Shown piece after piece: positions 44,677 to 54,705 of a DNA stretch of 64,000 nt. The position numbers and the translations under genes were made by a program. The notes beneath the pieces are model-generated. The model saw nothing but the letters and a program-made list of their open reading frames with translations, had not been told where the DNA came from and made no database searches. How positions within the stretch are numbered: position 1 is the stretch's first letter; the number at the start of each line of letters is the position of its first letter. Origin of the DNA: an uncultured Sediminibacterium sp. (GTDB lineage Bacteria; Bacteroidota; Bacteroidia; Chitinophagales; Chitinophagaceae). The DNA is taken from the NCBI GenBank assembly GCA_965650685.1, contig CBFGPM010000001.1:57415-121414 (forward strand), written 5' to 3'.

Positions 44677-45408
44677 ATGGATAAGAAACAAATTGAAAAA
44701 GTATACATCAAGCCAACCCTTAAGTTGGGTTATGGATATTATCTTATCCAACGCTCACTCATAGAAGCCGTGCAGGACCTTAAAGGAAAAATCGGCGGTA
44801 AAGTACTCGACCTGGGTTGCGGTGTAATGCCATACCGCGACTTTCTGATGGAGTCGGGAAAAATTGAGCAGTATACTGGAATGGATCTGCAATATTCAAA
44901 CTACCATAATAAAGTCGTTCCTGATATGTATTGGGATGGATATACCATTCCACTCGAAGATGCATCCATAGATTGGATCATTGTAACAGAATTCCTGGAA
45001 CATTATTATGATACGGATGCTATTTTAAAAGAAATGCATCGTGTGTTAAAACCAGGGGGCAGCATCTTCTTTTCTGTTCCATTTATTTATTCTTTACATG
45101 AGGTTCCGCATGATCATCATCGCTTTACCCCATATGCCCTCACCAATCATTTTACCAATACCGGATTCTCAAGTCACTCCATTTATCCAAGAGGAGGATT
45201 TAATTACAGTCTGATCATAATGATGAGTTTATGGGCCAAACAAGCTGGCAGTAAGGGATTCATTAGATTAGTTGTGAAATTTTTCTTATTCTGTTTCCAT
45301 AAACACTTAATAAGAAATGATAAAAAGTATGCTACTTATAATAAAGGGTATACCAGTTTCGAAAACCATACCATGCCTTCCGGCTTGTGGGGCTATGCTA
45401 CTAAGTAA
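44677..45408 (+). CDS. class I SAM-dependent methyltransferase
   Basis: Motif I (VLDLGCGVMPY) and post-I/II motifs (LKPGGSIFFSVP) are present. Start trimmed to the ATG at 44677. Confidence 0.75.
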   Translation: MDKKQIEKVYIKPTLKLGYGYYLIQRSLIEAVQDLKGKIGGKVLDLGCGVMPYRDFLMESGKIEQYTGMDLQYSNYHNKVVPDMYWDGYTIPLEDASIDWIIVTEFLEHYYDTDAILKEMHRVLKPGGSIFFSVPFIYSLHEVPHDHHRFTPYALTNHFTNTGFSSHSIYPRGGFNYSLIIMMSLWAKQAGSKGFIRLVVKFFLFCFHKHLIRNDKKYATYNKGYTSFENHTMPSGLWGYATK

Positions 45409-46470
45409 TCAATAAAAGGAACGATAAATTTCCAGGTACTTTTCTGCAGCGGTGCGCCAGTTAAACTGTTGAGCGTGTTGAATTATTGCTGCTGCATTAT
45501 TATTCTGTTTATAAGCAGCAAGTCCTTTATGCAACACTTCCTGCATAGACTCCTGTTCAAATCCGGAAAAATAAAAAGCATGTTCGCCACCTATCTCTGG
45601 CAGACTCGTATGTGTTGATAAAAAAACAGGTTTGCCAAATGCCATTGCCTCAATTACAGGCAATCCAAAACCTTCTGCAATAGATGGAAAAACAAAGGCG
45701 CTGCAATGTTTATAATACCATTGTTTGTCGTTTTCGGAAATAGCACCAACAAAATGCACCCGATCAGAAACCCCTAAACGGGTGGCTTCTGCCATAATTA
45801 CCTGCTGGTAATTTTTATCTTGTACAACTCCTGCTATCAAAAGCTCAAATGTATTGTTTACCAATAGTTGTGGAAGTACATGGAAATTCTTTTTCTCTGT
45901 AATGGTACCAATGGTAAATAAAAATGGATGTTGGGGAGCATGTTCAGGTGCAAGCAGCTTAGGTATCGGGGTAATATTGCATCCATTATAAATTACCGAG
46001 ACGGGTGTATTTGCAATATCAATATGTTCTTTCAAATCATTCAATACATAATTCGAAATAGCAACCACATGATCTGCTTTATTTATTTTCTGTTGCAACC
46101 GTTTAAGATATGCATGTTGCTTTGCGTGATTTTTAAGGTTTCCTTTCAGAAAATTCAGGTCATGAATAGTAAGCACAACAGGTATTTTACCATTTTGGGG
46201 TTGGTACATACTATCCTGGTGAGTAGTATGCCAAACATTGTACTTTTTCACTGATGGCAAAAAAATCTTGTGAAGGGGTTGTTGCAGGAGGTATTTTTCA
46301 TTCGGCCCAAAAATTCCCTTATTCGTTTTGTCGGTATAAAACACCAATGATTCTTCCGGAAGTTTCATATACAACAATGCCTGTCCGAGGTGCAAGCAGA
46401 AATGATACAATCCTGTATGGTTGTATTTCATTCTTTCACAATCCAGTATGATGGTTTTTACTACCCGCAT
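45409..46470 (-). CDS. glycosyltransferase family 4 (GT-B, GT1 superfamily)
   Basis: The C-terminal EGFGLPVIEAMAFGKPV (E-x7-E) motif is present. Confidence 0.8.
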   Translation of the reverse strand: MRVVKTIILDCERMKYNHTGLYHFCLHLGQALLYMKLPEESLVFYTDKTNKGIFGPNEKYLLQQPLHKIFLPSVKKYNVWHTTHQDSMYQPQNGKIPVVLTIHDLNFLKGNLKNHAKQHAYLKRLQQKINKADHVVAISNYVLNDLKEHIDIANTPVSVIYNGCNITPIPKLLAPEHAPQHPFLFTIGTITEKKNFHVLPQLLVNNTFELLIAGVVQDKNYQQVIMAEATRLGVSDRVHFVGAISENDKQWYYKHCSAFVFPSIAEGFGLPVIEAMAFGKPVFLSTHTSLPEIGGEHAFYFSGFEQESMQEVLHKGLAAYKQNNNAAAIIQHAQQFNWRTAAEKYLEIYRSFY

Positions 46471-46489
46471 AGTTGAAAGGACAAAACAT

Positions 46490-47446
46490 TTATTGAATGG
46501 TAAAAAACAATTTAATACAGTATAGCCATCTTCGCAACATGCTTCTTTGCTTATAGGCCATTATACGACGATTATAAGCAAAGAACAAAAACATTCGGTT
46601 AAAATTATTCAGCAAGGAAAAAGATGCATAATATTTATCACAACGCCGGAGTATTTCTTTTTCCTGCTTCATCGATGCCGGGCATCTGTTATACATTAAT
46701 CTTACCCTTTCTCTTATTGCTGAAAGATCTTTTGCTTTTTTAGTTCTTACCACCTGCTGCTGTTCTTCACCCTCCTGCACTTTTACGGCCCCGAAAACAC
46801 TGCTATTATGTTGTCTGTAGTATACCAATGGTATATCTAAGTACTTTATACCCTTGTACAAGGTGGCAACAAAACCTATCCAGTGATCATGTGGTATCAT
46901 TGGCGCAAAGGGAACCGCATCTTTTATCAGGGATGTTTTGATAAGCATTGCGTGTCCTGCAGCGGAATTTCCAACCAGAAAACTGATACAATCATTAAAA
47001 TCGGCCAATCGTTTAATATCAGATAATTTTTTACCGATAGGTTTATCCTGACCATCAATTAACAAGGAGTCTGCATAAACAATGGTTGATTCTCCAATAG
47101 CATCCAACAGTTTGCTGATTTTCTCCGGCATCCATATATCATCCTGATCACTGGGAGCAACAAATGCACCTTTGGCCATGAGCAGCCCTTTTTCAAAATT
47201 TTTGATGTATCCCAGATTTTCTTTGTTCTGAACCAGTTGTATCCGATCATCTTTCGCTGCAAATTCTTCCAGTTTACTTAGTGTCTGATCAGTTGATCCG
47301 TCATCAACAATAATAATTTCAAGGTTTGAATATGTTTGTGAAAGTATGCTATTAACCTGTGCATCAATAAAAGCAGCTCCATTATAAGTAGCCATTACAA
47401 CGGATACCAGTGGTGTGTTTGCTGTGTCTGCTATGGGATTATTCAC
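46490..47446 (-). CDS. glycosyltransferase family 2
   Basis: VSVVMATYNGAAFIDAQVNSIL...IIIVDDGSTDQT...SDQDD motifs are present. Confidence 0.8.
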   Translation of the reverse strand: MNNPIADTANTPLVSVVMATYNGAAFIDAQVNSILSQTYSNLEIIIVDDGSTDQTLSKLEEFAAKDDRIQLVQNKENLGYIKNFEKGLLMAKGAFVAPSDQDDIWMPEKISKLLDAIGESTIVYADSLLIDGQDKPIGKKLSDIKRLADFNDCISFLVGNSAAGHAMLIKTSLIKDAVPFAPMIPHDHWIGFVATLYKGIKYLDIPLVYYRQHNSSVFGAVKVQEGEEQQQVVRTKKAKDLSAIRERVRLMYNRCPASMKQEKEILRRCDKYYASFSLLNNFNRMFLFFAYNRRIMAYKQRSMLRRWLYCIKLFFTIQ

Positions 47447-47457
47447 TTATAACTGTA

Positions 47458-48357
47458 TTAAAGATACTGCTGGATAAAAGTAAATAAATTGAATTCACCT
47501 TTAGCAAGATTCGTTTCAATTGCATCTTTAATTGCCGATTTTTTAACACCTCGCATTTTCTCGCGTTGTATTAATTGATAGGCTCTTTCTGCCAGCAGCC
47601 ATGCTTTTCGGGGTCTGGTTTGTTGTAATAAAGCATGTTCCTCTATTGCCTTCACCAATTCATCAATACCAGTTCTGGTTGATGCGATTGTTTTGATGAT
47701 TGGCACCTGCCATTGAGTTTGGTTAAAAGTAGGTGCAAGCATCAACCGGAGATTTTTTACAAAATGATCTGCATCGGGTCTGTCGCTTTTATTCACCACG
47801 AAAATATCGGCTATCTCCATTAAACCAGCTTTCATGGTTTGCACTTCATCCCCCGCTTCCGGTACCACCACCACAATCGTTGTATCTGCCAATCCGGCTA
47901 TTTCTATTTCGCTTTGTCCAACCCCTACTGTTTCAACAATTATATGATCGAAACCCGCAGCCTGCATCAGTGCAGTAATATCAATGATATGCGGATGTAG
48001 TCCACCCAATGAACCCCTGGTAGCTAATGATCGGATAAATACATTGGGATGATTATACCATTCACTCATGCGTATCCTGTCGCCAAGTACCGCACCAAGA
48101 TTAAATGGAGAAGATGGGTCAACACATAATACCCCTACTTTTTTGTTTTGTAAAACCCATGTGGCAATCAGTGCATCTACCAGCGTGCTCTTTCCTGCTC
48201 CTGGCGGACCTGTAATACCTGTTACTGAGGCATGACCAGCAGGCAGTTCTGCAAGAAACTGTTCAAAGCCGGGCACTTCATTTTCTACACAAGAAATACT
48301 TCTTGCCAATGATCGCTGGTCGCCCTGTTTTATGCCTATTAATAATTGCTGCCACAT
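47458..48357 (-). CDS. meaB: MeaB/ArgK-type G3E family GTPase
   Basis: Walker A (GPPGAGKST), VETVGVGQSE and NKSD motifs are present. Confidence 0.85.
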   Translation of the reverse strand: MWQQLLIGIKQGDQRSLARSISCVENEVPGFEQFLAELPAGHASVTGITGPPGAGKSTLVDALIATWVLQNKKVGVLCVDPSSPFNLGAVLGDRIRMSEWYNHPNVFIRSLATRGSLGGLHPHIIDITALMQAAGFDHIIVETVGVGQSEIEIAGLADTTIVVVVPEAGDEVQTMKAGLMEIADIFVVNKSDRPDADHFVKNLRLMLAPTFNQTQWQVPIIKTIASTRTGIDELVKAIEEHALLQQTRPRKAWLLAERAYQLIQREKMRGVKKSAIKDAIETNLAKGEFNLFTFIQQYL

Positions 48358-48441
48358 AATGCTATGCTAAACGTAAATTTACCCTTGTTCCTGCAAAAGA
48401 AAGTAAATGAATCCACAGAAATACAGTTTAAGGAGGATATC

Positions 48442-49614
48442 GTGAAAAAAGTATCGTTTATCATGGCTTTATTCATCATCTCCCTTGCAGGGTTATTGTG
48501 GAGTCGTGCTATCTTATCCCTATCAATGGGTGCGTGGTTGATTTTTTCCATCTGGCATTTTCGATACTGGATTAATAACTGGTCCAGGAATCCTATCATC
48601 ATCTGGGGAATAACACCTGTACTGTTTGGCTTGCTTGGTATATGGCAATCACCCGGTGCCGCTGCAGGATGGGATCACCTGCTTACTTTAGCTACTTACC
48701 CGGTTTTGGCAATCAGTGGTGCCTGTATTTCATCTATTGAACCACGTTTATTCAAAACATTTGGTTATTGCTGGGTTATTGCTGCATTAATAGCAGTGCT
48801 GTATCCTTTGGGTTGGTATATTTTGCATAGCCAGGAAGCGTTGGAAAAATACAGTAGCGGACAATCATTACCTGTATTTATGGATAATGACCATGTTCGC
48901 TTTTCCATGTTCTTATCTGGCGCCGTTCTGATTGCATGGTTCAACAGAAAGGCACATAAATGGTTATTGGCAGCCAGCATTTTTTTAGCAGTTTGTATTC
49001 TCTTCTTAGCAGCACGCACCGGATGGGTAATGATTATACTGATGGGATTGACCATTGGCATTCAAACTATATGGAAAAAAGAACAGCGAAAAAATGGTTT
49101 GATTGTATTGGCAGGATTATCGGCTTTGCTTATTATAGCCTGGTTATTGTTTCCCACTGTACAACATAAATTGGGTTATAGTTTTTATGACTGGAACCAG
49201 TACGTACCCGGCAAATATGACCCTACCCTATCTGATAATGCCAGGTATGCAGTAAACAAAGCTGCATGGCACGCAATTCAATCTGGTCAGCAAAATATAG
49301 GCTGGGCTGCTATTCCGGAGGTTTTACAAAATAATTTCAAACAAGTATTTCCAAACTATAATACCAACTTCGGCTGGCCATTTAATCAATGGTTATTCTG
49401 GTGGATGGGAAGTGGATGGTGGGGAATGTTTTTATTTACTGCATGGTTATTATTTCCAGTTTATCTCGGTTGGCGACAAAAAAATATAGCCCTTACCTGT
49501 TGGACCCTTGCCATTGCCGCAACCTGCCTGGTAGAATGTAATTTGGGATACCAGTATGGGGTTTGGTTGCATGGGTGGATTATAATTTGGAAATTTGGAA
49601 ATTTGAAAATTTGA
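48442..49614 (+). CDS. O-antigen ligase-like (Wzy_C) polytopic membrane protein
   Basis: It has at least 9 predicted TM helices and a central loop. The start is uncertain (GTG 48442, ATG 48364 or ATG 48463). The last 10 codons are encoded by the AATTTGGA/AATTTGAA repeat arm. Confidence 0.5.
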   Translation: MKKVSFIMALFIISLAGLLWSRAILSLSMGAWLIFSIWHFRYWINNWSRNPIIIWGITPVLFGLLGIWQSPGAAAGWDHLLTLATYPVLAISGACISSIEPRLFKTFGYCWVIAALIAVLYPLGWYILHSQEALEKYSSGQSLPVFMDNDHVRFSMFLSGAVLIAWFNRKAHKWLLAASIFLAVCILFLAARTGWVMIILMGLTIGIQTIWKKEQRKNGLIVLAGLSALLIIAWLLFPTVQHKLGYSFYDWNQYVPGKYDPTLSDNARYAVNKAAWHAIQSGQQNIGWAAIPEVLQNNFKQVFPNYNTNFGWPFNQWLFWWMGSGWWGMFLFTAWLLFPVYLGWRQKNIALTCWTLAIAATCLVECNLGYQYGVWLHGWIIIWKFGNLKI

Positions 49615-49680
49615 AAATGATATTAGTTGGAGCGTTCTTCCAATAAATTTAGTGGTAAAAAATTTTCAAATTTTCAAATT
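49600..49680. repeat. 19-bp perfect hairpin of AATTTGAA words spanning two convergent stop codons
   Basis: AATTTGAAAATTTGAAAAT (49600-49618) is the perfect reverse complement of ATTTTCAAATTTTCAAATT (49662-49680). The wider repeat tracts cover 49584-49696. Confidence 0.9.
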
Positions 49681-49689
49681 ACCTAATTT

Positions 49690-50559
49690 TCAAATTATTC
49701 GATAGTTCCTGAAATCAAACAACCTAATCCCTGTTTTCTTTTCGAAATAGTAGAGGAGTTTATCTTTAAAGGAGAATTTCTTTTTGCTGATGTCTAAATC
49801 TGTTTTCCAGTTTTGGCGGGCAATCCGGTCCAGCATTACTTGTGGGTGGGTGCCCGTAAATTTTTGTAAGGAATCGAACTCATCATAGTTCCAGAAGTCA
49901 GGTTCTTTCATTAAGTCTTCCAGTACTTTGTCTGAATGCCAGAGCTTGCTGAAATTTTTCATCTTTTTCATCATTTGCTCAGGGCTCTTCACCCAGCCAT
50001 AATGGTACACATAAGCATCAATTGGTTTTACCCATAATTTCTGCTTTCCGATTCTGAATCCCTGGGCATCTTTATAAGAGGAAATCCGTTTATCGTTCCG
50101 TATTACCCTCACTTCGTGGTCGTACCATTTTCTGCTGTCGCCTACATAATCATAGGTGCCATAGAAATGGAGGTATTTAAACACCAATCCTTGTACCCTT
50201 TTATCATCCTTATACTGCAAACAGGCATTACGAATGGTTTCATGGTATTTTTCATGCACCGCTTCATCCCCCTGAATATAAAATGCCCAGTCGCTCGCAG
50301 GATCGATCAGTTGAAATGCTTTATTTGTTTCTACGGCTAATACTGAACCTCCGGAGCGAAGGTTAGGATCCCATACAGAATGATGGATTTTTATTTTTGG
50401 ATCACCTATCGACTGCATTAGTCCAAGTGTATCATCATCTGAATTTCCCACCAGAATAATCATTTCATCTACTACCGGAAGAATAGACTTAATGGCTTCA
50501 ACAATTGGGTAATCATTGATTACGGCATTACGGATAATGGTAAACCCGGAAATTTTCAT
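49690..50559 (-). CDS. glycosyltransferase family 2-like protein
   Basis: 289 aa from the internal Met (MKISGFTIIRNAVINDYP...). The N-terminal GT-A-like region is less canonical than in the other GT2 genes. Confidence 0.5.
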   Translation of the reverse strand: MKISGFTIIRNAVINDYPIVEAIKSILPVVDEMIILVGNSDDDTLGLMQSIGDPKIKIHHSVWDPNLRSGGSVLAVETNKAFQLIDPASDWAFYIQGDEAVHEKYHETIRNACLQYKDDKRVQGLVFKYLHFYGTYDYVGDSRKWYDHEVRVIRNDKRISSYKDAQGFRIGKQKLWVKPIDAYVYHYGWVKSPEQMMKKMKNFSKLWHSDKVLEDLMKEPDFWNYDEFDSLQKFTGTHPQVMLDRIARQNWKTDLDISKKKFSFKDKLLYYFEKKTGIRLFDFRNYRII

Positions 50560-50652
50560 AAGGCAAAGTAAATACGAAATTGCATAACAAAACGACAACA
50601 TGAAGTAATACTGTTCATATATTAACTGCTTTTATTTACTTCGTGGTAGCAT

Positions 50653-51294
50653 ATGACAAATTTCATCCCCATTTTCCCCCTTGGTATCATAATCTTTCCA
50701 GGTGAAACAGCTAACCTGCACATTTTCGAACCCAGGTATAAAGAGTTGATCAATGATTGCCATAACAGAAAAAAACCTTTTGGCATTCCCACTGTAAACA
50801 ACAATAGCGTTTCCGAATTGGGTACACTTGTACAAATAACAGAGATCGCTCAGGTATATCCTGATGGCAGGATGGATATCCGTATTATGGGCGATAAAGT
50901 ATTTCGTGTGCTGGAGCTTGTGCAATCGATCCCTGATAAATTATATAGCGGGGCAATTGTACATTATCCGGAAAATAATGAAAGCAAACAGCCTCAATTG
51001 TTGGAAACAGTACTAGTTGGTATTCGTGAATTGCACAAGCTGATCCATGTTACCAAACAGTTTAAGAAACCTGATCATTTGCTGAATAGTTATGATCTGG
51101 CCCATCATGCCGGACTTTCTGCCGAGGAAGAATATGAATTTTTAGGTCTTATGCACGAACTTCAGCGACTGGAATACCTTAAAAGACATCTTTCCAAAAT
51201 TATTCCGGCGGCTACAGGTATTGAATCACTGAAGGAAAGGATTCACCTGAATGGACATTTCAGGGAGCTAAAAGGTTTTAATTTTAATGAATAA
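50653..51294 (+). CDS. LON peptidase N-terminal substrate-binding domain protein
   Basis: IFPLGIIIFPGETANLHIFEPRYKELI is typical of the LON/PUA-like N domain. Confidence 0.7.
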   Translation: MTNFIPIFPLGIIIFPGETANLHIFEPRYKELINDCHNRKKPFGIPTVNNNSVSELGTLVQITEIAQVYPDGRMDIRIMGDKVFRVLELVQSIPDKLYSGAIVHYPENNESKQPQLLETVLVGIRELHKLIHVTKQFKKPDHLLNSYDLAHHAGLSAEEEYEFLGLMHELQRLEYLKRHLSKIIPAATGIESLKERIHLNGHFRELKGFNFNE

Positions 51295-51302
51295 CCGTAT
51301 TT

Positions 51303-52037
51303 ATGCAAACCAGTCTATGTTTTGATTTTGGGAATACACGTCTAAAATGCGCCATTTTTACCGGGCGCGAACTAAAAGATGTGATTGTATTGGAGAACGA
51401 TAGCAATGAAGCGATTGAAGACCTGATTAAACAATACCAACCACAGAAATCCATTCTTTCTTCTGTAATTAACCATAATCCTTCAATAGAAACCATTCTT
51501 TCTGAAAATACCCAATTTCATAAACTTGGGCATACCAGCAAGCTACCATTCAGCACTCCGGTTGGTAAACCAGAAACAATTGGGGCCGACAGATTGGCTA
51601 TTTGTGCGGCTTCGGTGGATTTGTTTCCAAATCAGCATAACCTGGCTATTGGACTGGGAACCTGTATAACCTATAATTACATCAATAAAGCGCATGAGTT
51701 TTTGGGTGGCAGCATCTCTCCGGGCTTAACTATGCGCTTCCGGGCTATGCATGAACAAACAGCATTATTACCCCTTGTAACGCCTGACCATCATGTTCCT
51801 TTAATTGGTTATGATACCAAAACCAACCTCCAAAGCGGTGTTATTTTGGGCATGGCTAAGGAAATTGACGGAATTATTGAAGCTTATGCCTTGAAATTCA
51901 ACAACTTTAACGTGCTGTTAACCGGGGGTGATATGGCTTTTTTTGTACCGCATCTAAAAAACAGGATATTTGCCGACCCTTATTTAATATTTAAAGGCCT
52001 GTATGCGATCTGTGAGTACAACACTATTCAGAATTAG
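51303..52037 (+). CDS. coaX: type III pantothenate kinase
   Basis: DFGNTRLKCAIF and GADR motifs in 244 aa. Confidence 0.85.
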   Translation: MQTSLCFDFGNTRLKCAIFTGRELKDVIVLENDSNEAIEDLIKQYQPQKSILSSVINHNPSIETILSENTQFHKLGHTSKLPFSTPVGKPETIGADRLAICAASVDLFPNQHNLAIGLGTCITYNYINKAHEFLGGSISPGLTMRFRAMHEQTALLPLVTPDHHVPLIGYDTKTNLQSGVILGMAKEIDGIIEAYALKFNNFNVLLTGGDMAFFVPHLKNRIFADPYLIFKGLYAICEYNTIQN

Positions 52038-53376
52038 TTGCTGTTTTCTGGTTACCGGAATAAGCATTTTTAATGCCAATGCCCAGGAGAATTCTCCTTT
52101 TACCCGATATGGTTTAGGCGATTTTTACAATGGCAGCCATGCTATCAGCCGGGCCTTAGGCGGACTAGGCGTTGCTTACTCGGATGGCACCAACAACAAC
52201 GTAGGACAAGCCATTAATTTTATGAATCCGGCTACTTATGGTCAGTTTTTTATGGTTTCTTATGATTTGGGGCTAACCATTGACAGCAGAAACCTGAGAA
52301 GTGAGAACCCGGCTGGGAAATTCAGGTCAAATTATTTCTATCCATCATACCTCGGTGTGGGAGTTCCATTAAATAAAGACAAGGGATGGGGTATGGCATT
52401 CGGTTTGCGACCATTAAGCAGAATCAGTTATTCTGTAATAAATCGTGAAAAAGTGGCAGGAGATAGTTTGGCAACAGTATTTGAAGGATCTGGAGGATTA
52501 AACCAGGCTTTTATCGGTATCGGTAAAAAATGGAAAGACCTGAGTGTCGGGTTCAATACCGGGTTCAATTTTGGAAGAAAAGAAATCTCAACTAAAAAAG
52601 CCTTTATCAACGACACTACCTTCTTCTATCAATCTAATTCTTCAACCCTTACTACTTTTAGTGGTGTATTCTTTAATCCAGCCTTTCAGTATGAATTTAC
52701 GGTTGGTAAAAAAGTAATTGAACAAACCAAAACAACGAATAGCTATAAAATAATTATTGGCGGCTCAGCAATGTTGGCACAAAGACTATCTGCTTCTCAG
52801 GATCAGAAAAGAGAAACTTTTGTAGAAACACAGTCTGGCGATATCACCGTTGATAGTATTTCTAATACAACCGATATTAAAGGTCGTATTCAAATGCCTG
52901 CAACATATGCGGCTGGTATTACTTTCCACAAAACCAGCAGTAATAACCGCGGAACCTTTGAAATGTGGTCTATCGGAGCAGAATATACCACCACTCAGTG
53001 GACCAAATATCGTTTCTATGGACAACCAGATCAGCTAAATAATAGCTGGCAGTTTAAAGTTGGTGCGCAGCTTTGTCCTGACCCACTTAACGGCAGAAAT
53101 TACTGGAGCAATGTTAACTACCGCGTAGGTGCTTTTTTTGGTAAGGATTACTTAAATCCGGATGGTAATGGACTGAAACATGTTGGATTTTCATTGGGTG
53201 CTGGTTTACCTATTAAAAAATGGAACAACTATGATCGCCAGTTTACTATTTTAAATACAGCTTTACAGTTTGGAAAAAGAGGGTCTTCTGTTAATAATAT
53301 TACAGAAAGCTATGTTCAGTTTACATTGGGAATTAGTTTAACCGATCTTTGGTTCCAGAAACGCAAGTATGATTAA
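52003..53376 (+). CDS. outer-membrane beta-barrel protein, hypothetical
   Basis: It has a signal peptide ending ANAQE, is rich in G/Y/F beta-strand repeats and has a C-terminal aromatic-rich segment. It lies directly upstream of lptC and overlaps it. Confidence 0.45.
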   Translation: MRSVSTTLFRISCCFLVTGISIFNANAQENSPFTRYGLGDFYNGSHAISRALGGLGVAYSDGTNNNVGQAINFMNPATYGQFFMVSYDLGLTIDSRNLRSENPAGKFRSNYFYPSYLGVGVPLNKDKGWGMAFGLRPLSRISYSVINREKVAGDSLATVFEGSGGLNQAFIGIGKKWKDLSVGFNTGFNFGRKEISTKKAFINDTTFFYQSNSSTLTTFSGVFFNPAFQYEFTVGKKVIEQTKTTNSYKIIIGGSAMLAQRLSASQDQKRETFVETQSGDITVDSISNTTDIKGRIQMPATYAAGITFHKTSSNNRGTFEMWSIGAEYTTTQWTKYRFYGQPDQLNNSWQFKVGAQLCPDPLNGRNYWSNVNYRVGAFFGKDYLNPDGNGLKHVGFSLGAGLPIKKWNNYDRQFTILNTALQFGKRGSSVNNITESYVQFTLGISLTDLWFQKRKYD

Positions 53377-53959
53377 ACCTTCTTTTCATATAAAAAACAT
53401 ATTAGCAGCCTGTTTATTAGGCTGCTTTTTTGTATGCGGTTGTGAAAACGATGTAAATGATGTGAAGGAACTGAGCAGAAGGGCCCCTGGTATAGAAGAA
53501 GGAAAAAATATTGAAAGTTATCTTAGTCAAAATGGCCGCATTAGTGCCAAACTCACTGCACCACTCTTACTGCGCTACCAGGGTGATAGCATGCGTAAAA
53601 CAGAATTTCCGAATACATTACATGTAGACTTTTTCGATTCTACCATGAAAACAGAAAGTCAGTTATTTGCTAAATATGGGCGTTATCTTCCGAATGAAAG
53701 CAAAGTTTTTCTGCGAGATAGTGTTGTAATTTTCAATACCAAAGGAGATACTTTATACAGTAATGAGTTGTATTGGGATCAATCACTTGGCCAGTTCTAT
53801 ACAAATACACCTGTTACATTGGTTCAGCATTATCCATATAAACAAAAAGGGCGTTATGCGAATGGGTTTCGCTCTAATCAGGATCTCACCGATATTACTT
53901 TCTTCAATATCCAACCCGGCAGTTTTGCTATTATTCCTGATAGCACATTCAACCCATAA
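53369..53959 (+). CDS. lptC: LPS export periplasmic protein LptC
   Basis: 196 aa with a lipobox-like LLGCFFVCGC. The size and the position after coaX are typical for Bacteroidota lptC. Confidence 0.55.
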   Translation: MIKPSFHIKNILAACLLGCFFVCGCENDVNDVKELSRRAPGIEEGKNIESYLSQNGRISAKLTAPLLLRYQGDSMRKTEFPNTLHVDFFDSTMKTESQLFAKYGRYLPNESKVFLRDSVVIFNTKGDTLYSNELYWDQSLGQFYTNTPVTLVQHYPYKQKGRYANGFRSNQDLTDITFFNIQPGSFAIIPDSTFNP

Positions 53960-54088
53960 ACACATAAAAAAAATCATTTATTAAAGGCAACGATTTTTCA
54001 TTGTCTTGTGTCTTATGCGTAACCCCTGTGAACTGTTGCATACGGTTCTTTTTTATTGTTCTATATAAGCCCTTAAAATCAATCATTT

Positions 54089-54538
54089 ATGTGTTTACGC
54101 AAGTCGTTATTGTGTTTATTTTTCTTTGCTGTTGTTTTTGCTGCCTGCAGCATTTCCAAGCAATCTGCGCATGTAATTGTAAATAATGAAAGCAGGGAAC
54201 ATGTGCCAATGAAGTTGGTAATCAGTGATCAGGAGAATGGCAAGACAAAAGAAACGGTGGATTATCTGTTAAAGCCCGGATTACAGGAGGTACACATTCG
54301 TAAATTTCCAAAAGGGGCCTATGACATATCTCTAAACCTGAAAAACGGCGTTATTCATAAAAATTACCCACTTGCTTTAGATACAGACCGATGGATCATG
54401 GTTACCTATATGCAAGATGATTCCCTCAGGCTTCAAAAGAAATACGGGTATATCGACACTTCTTCTTTGAAAAAAATAAATGGTGAATATGCCGGACTCA
54501 ATCTGTATGTTGAAAACAGAAGGCCTCCAAATTTATAG
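54089..54538 (+). CDS. hypothetical lipoprotein
   Basis: It has a signal/lipobox (FFFAVVFAAC). No recognised domain. Confidence 0.45.
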   Translation: MCLRKSLLCLFFFAVVFAACSISKQSAHVIVNNESREHVPMKLVISDQENGKTKETVDYLLKPGLQEVHIRKFPKGAYDISLNLKNGVIHKNYPLALDTDRWIMVTYMQDDSLRLQKKYGYIDTSSLKKINGEYAGLNLYVENRRPPNL

Positions 54539-54564
54539 ACCATAGACCATGGTCTATGGTCTAT
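54535..54564. repeat. perfect 30-nt palindrome (CCATAGA family) containing the stop codon
   Basis: ATAGACCATAGACCATGGTCTATGGTCTAT is its own reverse complement. The TAG stop lies at 54536-54538. Confidence 0.9.
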
Positions 54565-54705
54565 GGACTATGGACCATGCGCTTCCTCACAAAGTATCTG
54601 TTTCTCTCACCTCCCTCAGGTAACTGAAATTTTACGGGCTTCAATCAAAATAATTAAATAAATTCATGGCTCATTGTTTATCCAACCCATAACCAACCGA
54701 TTGCT

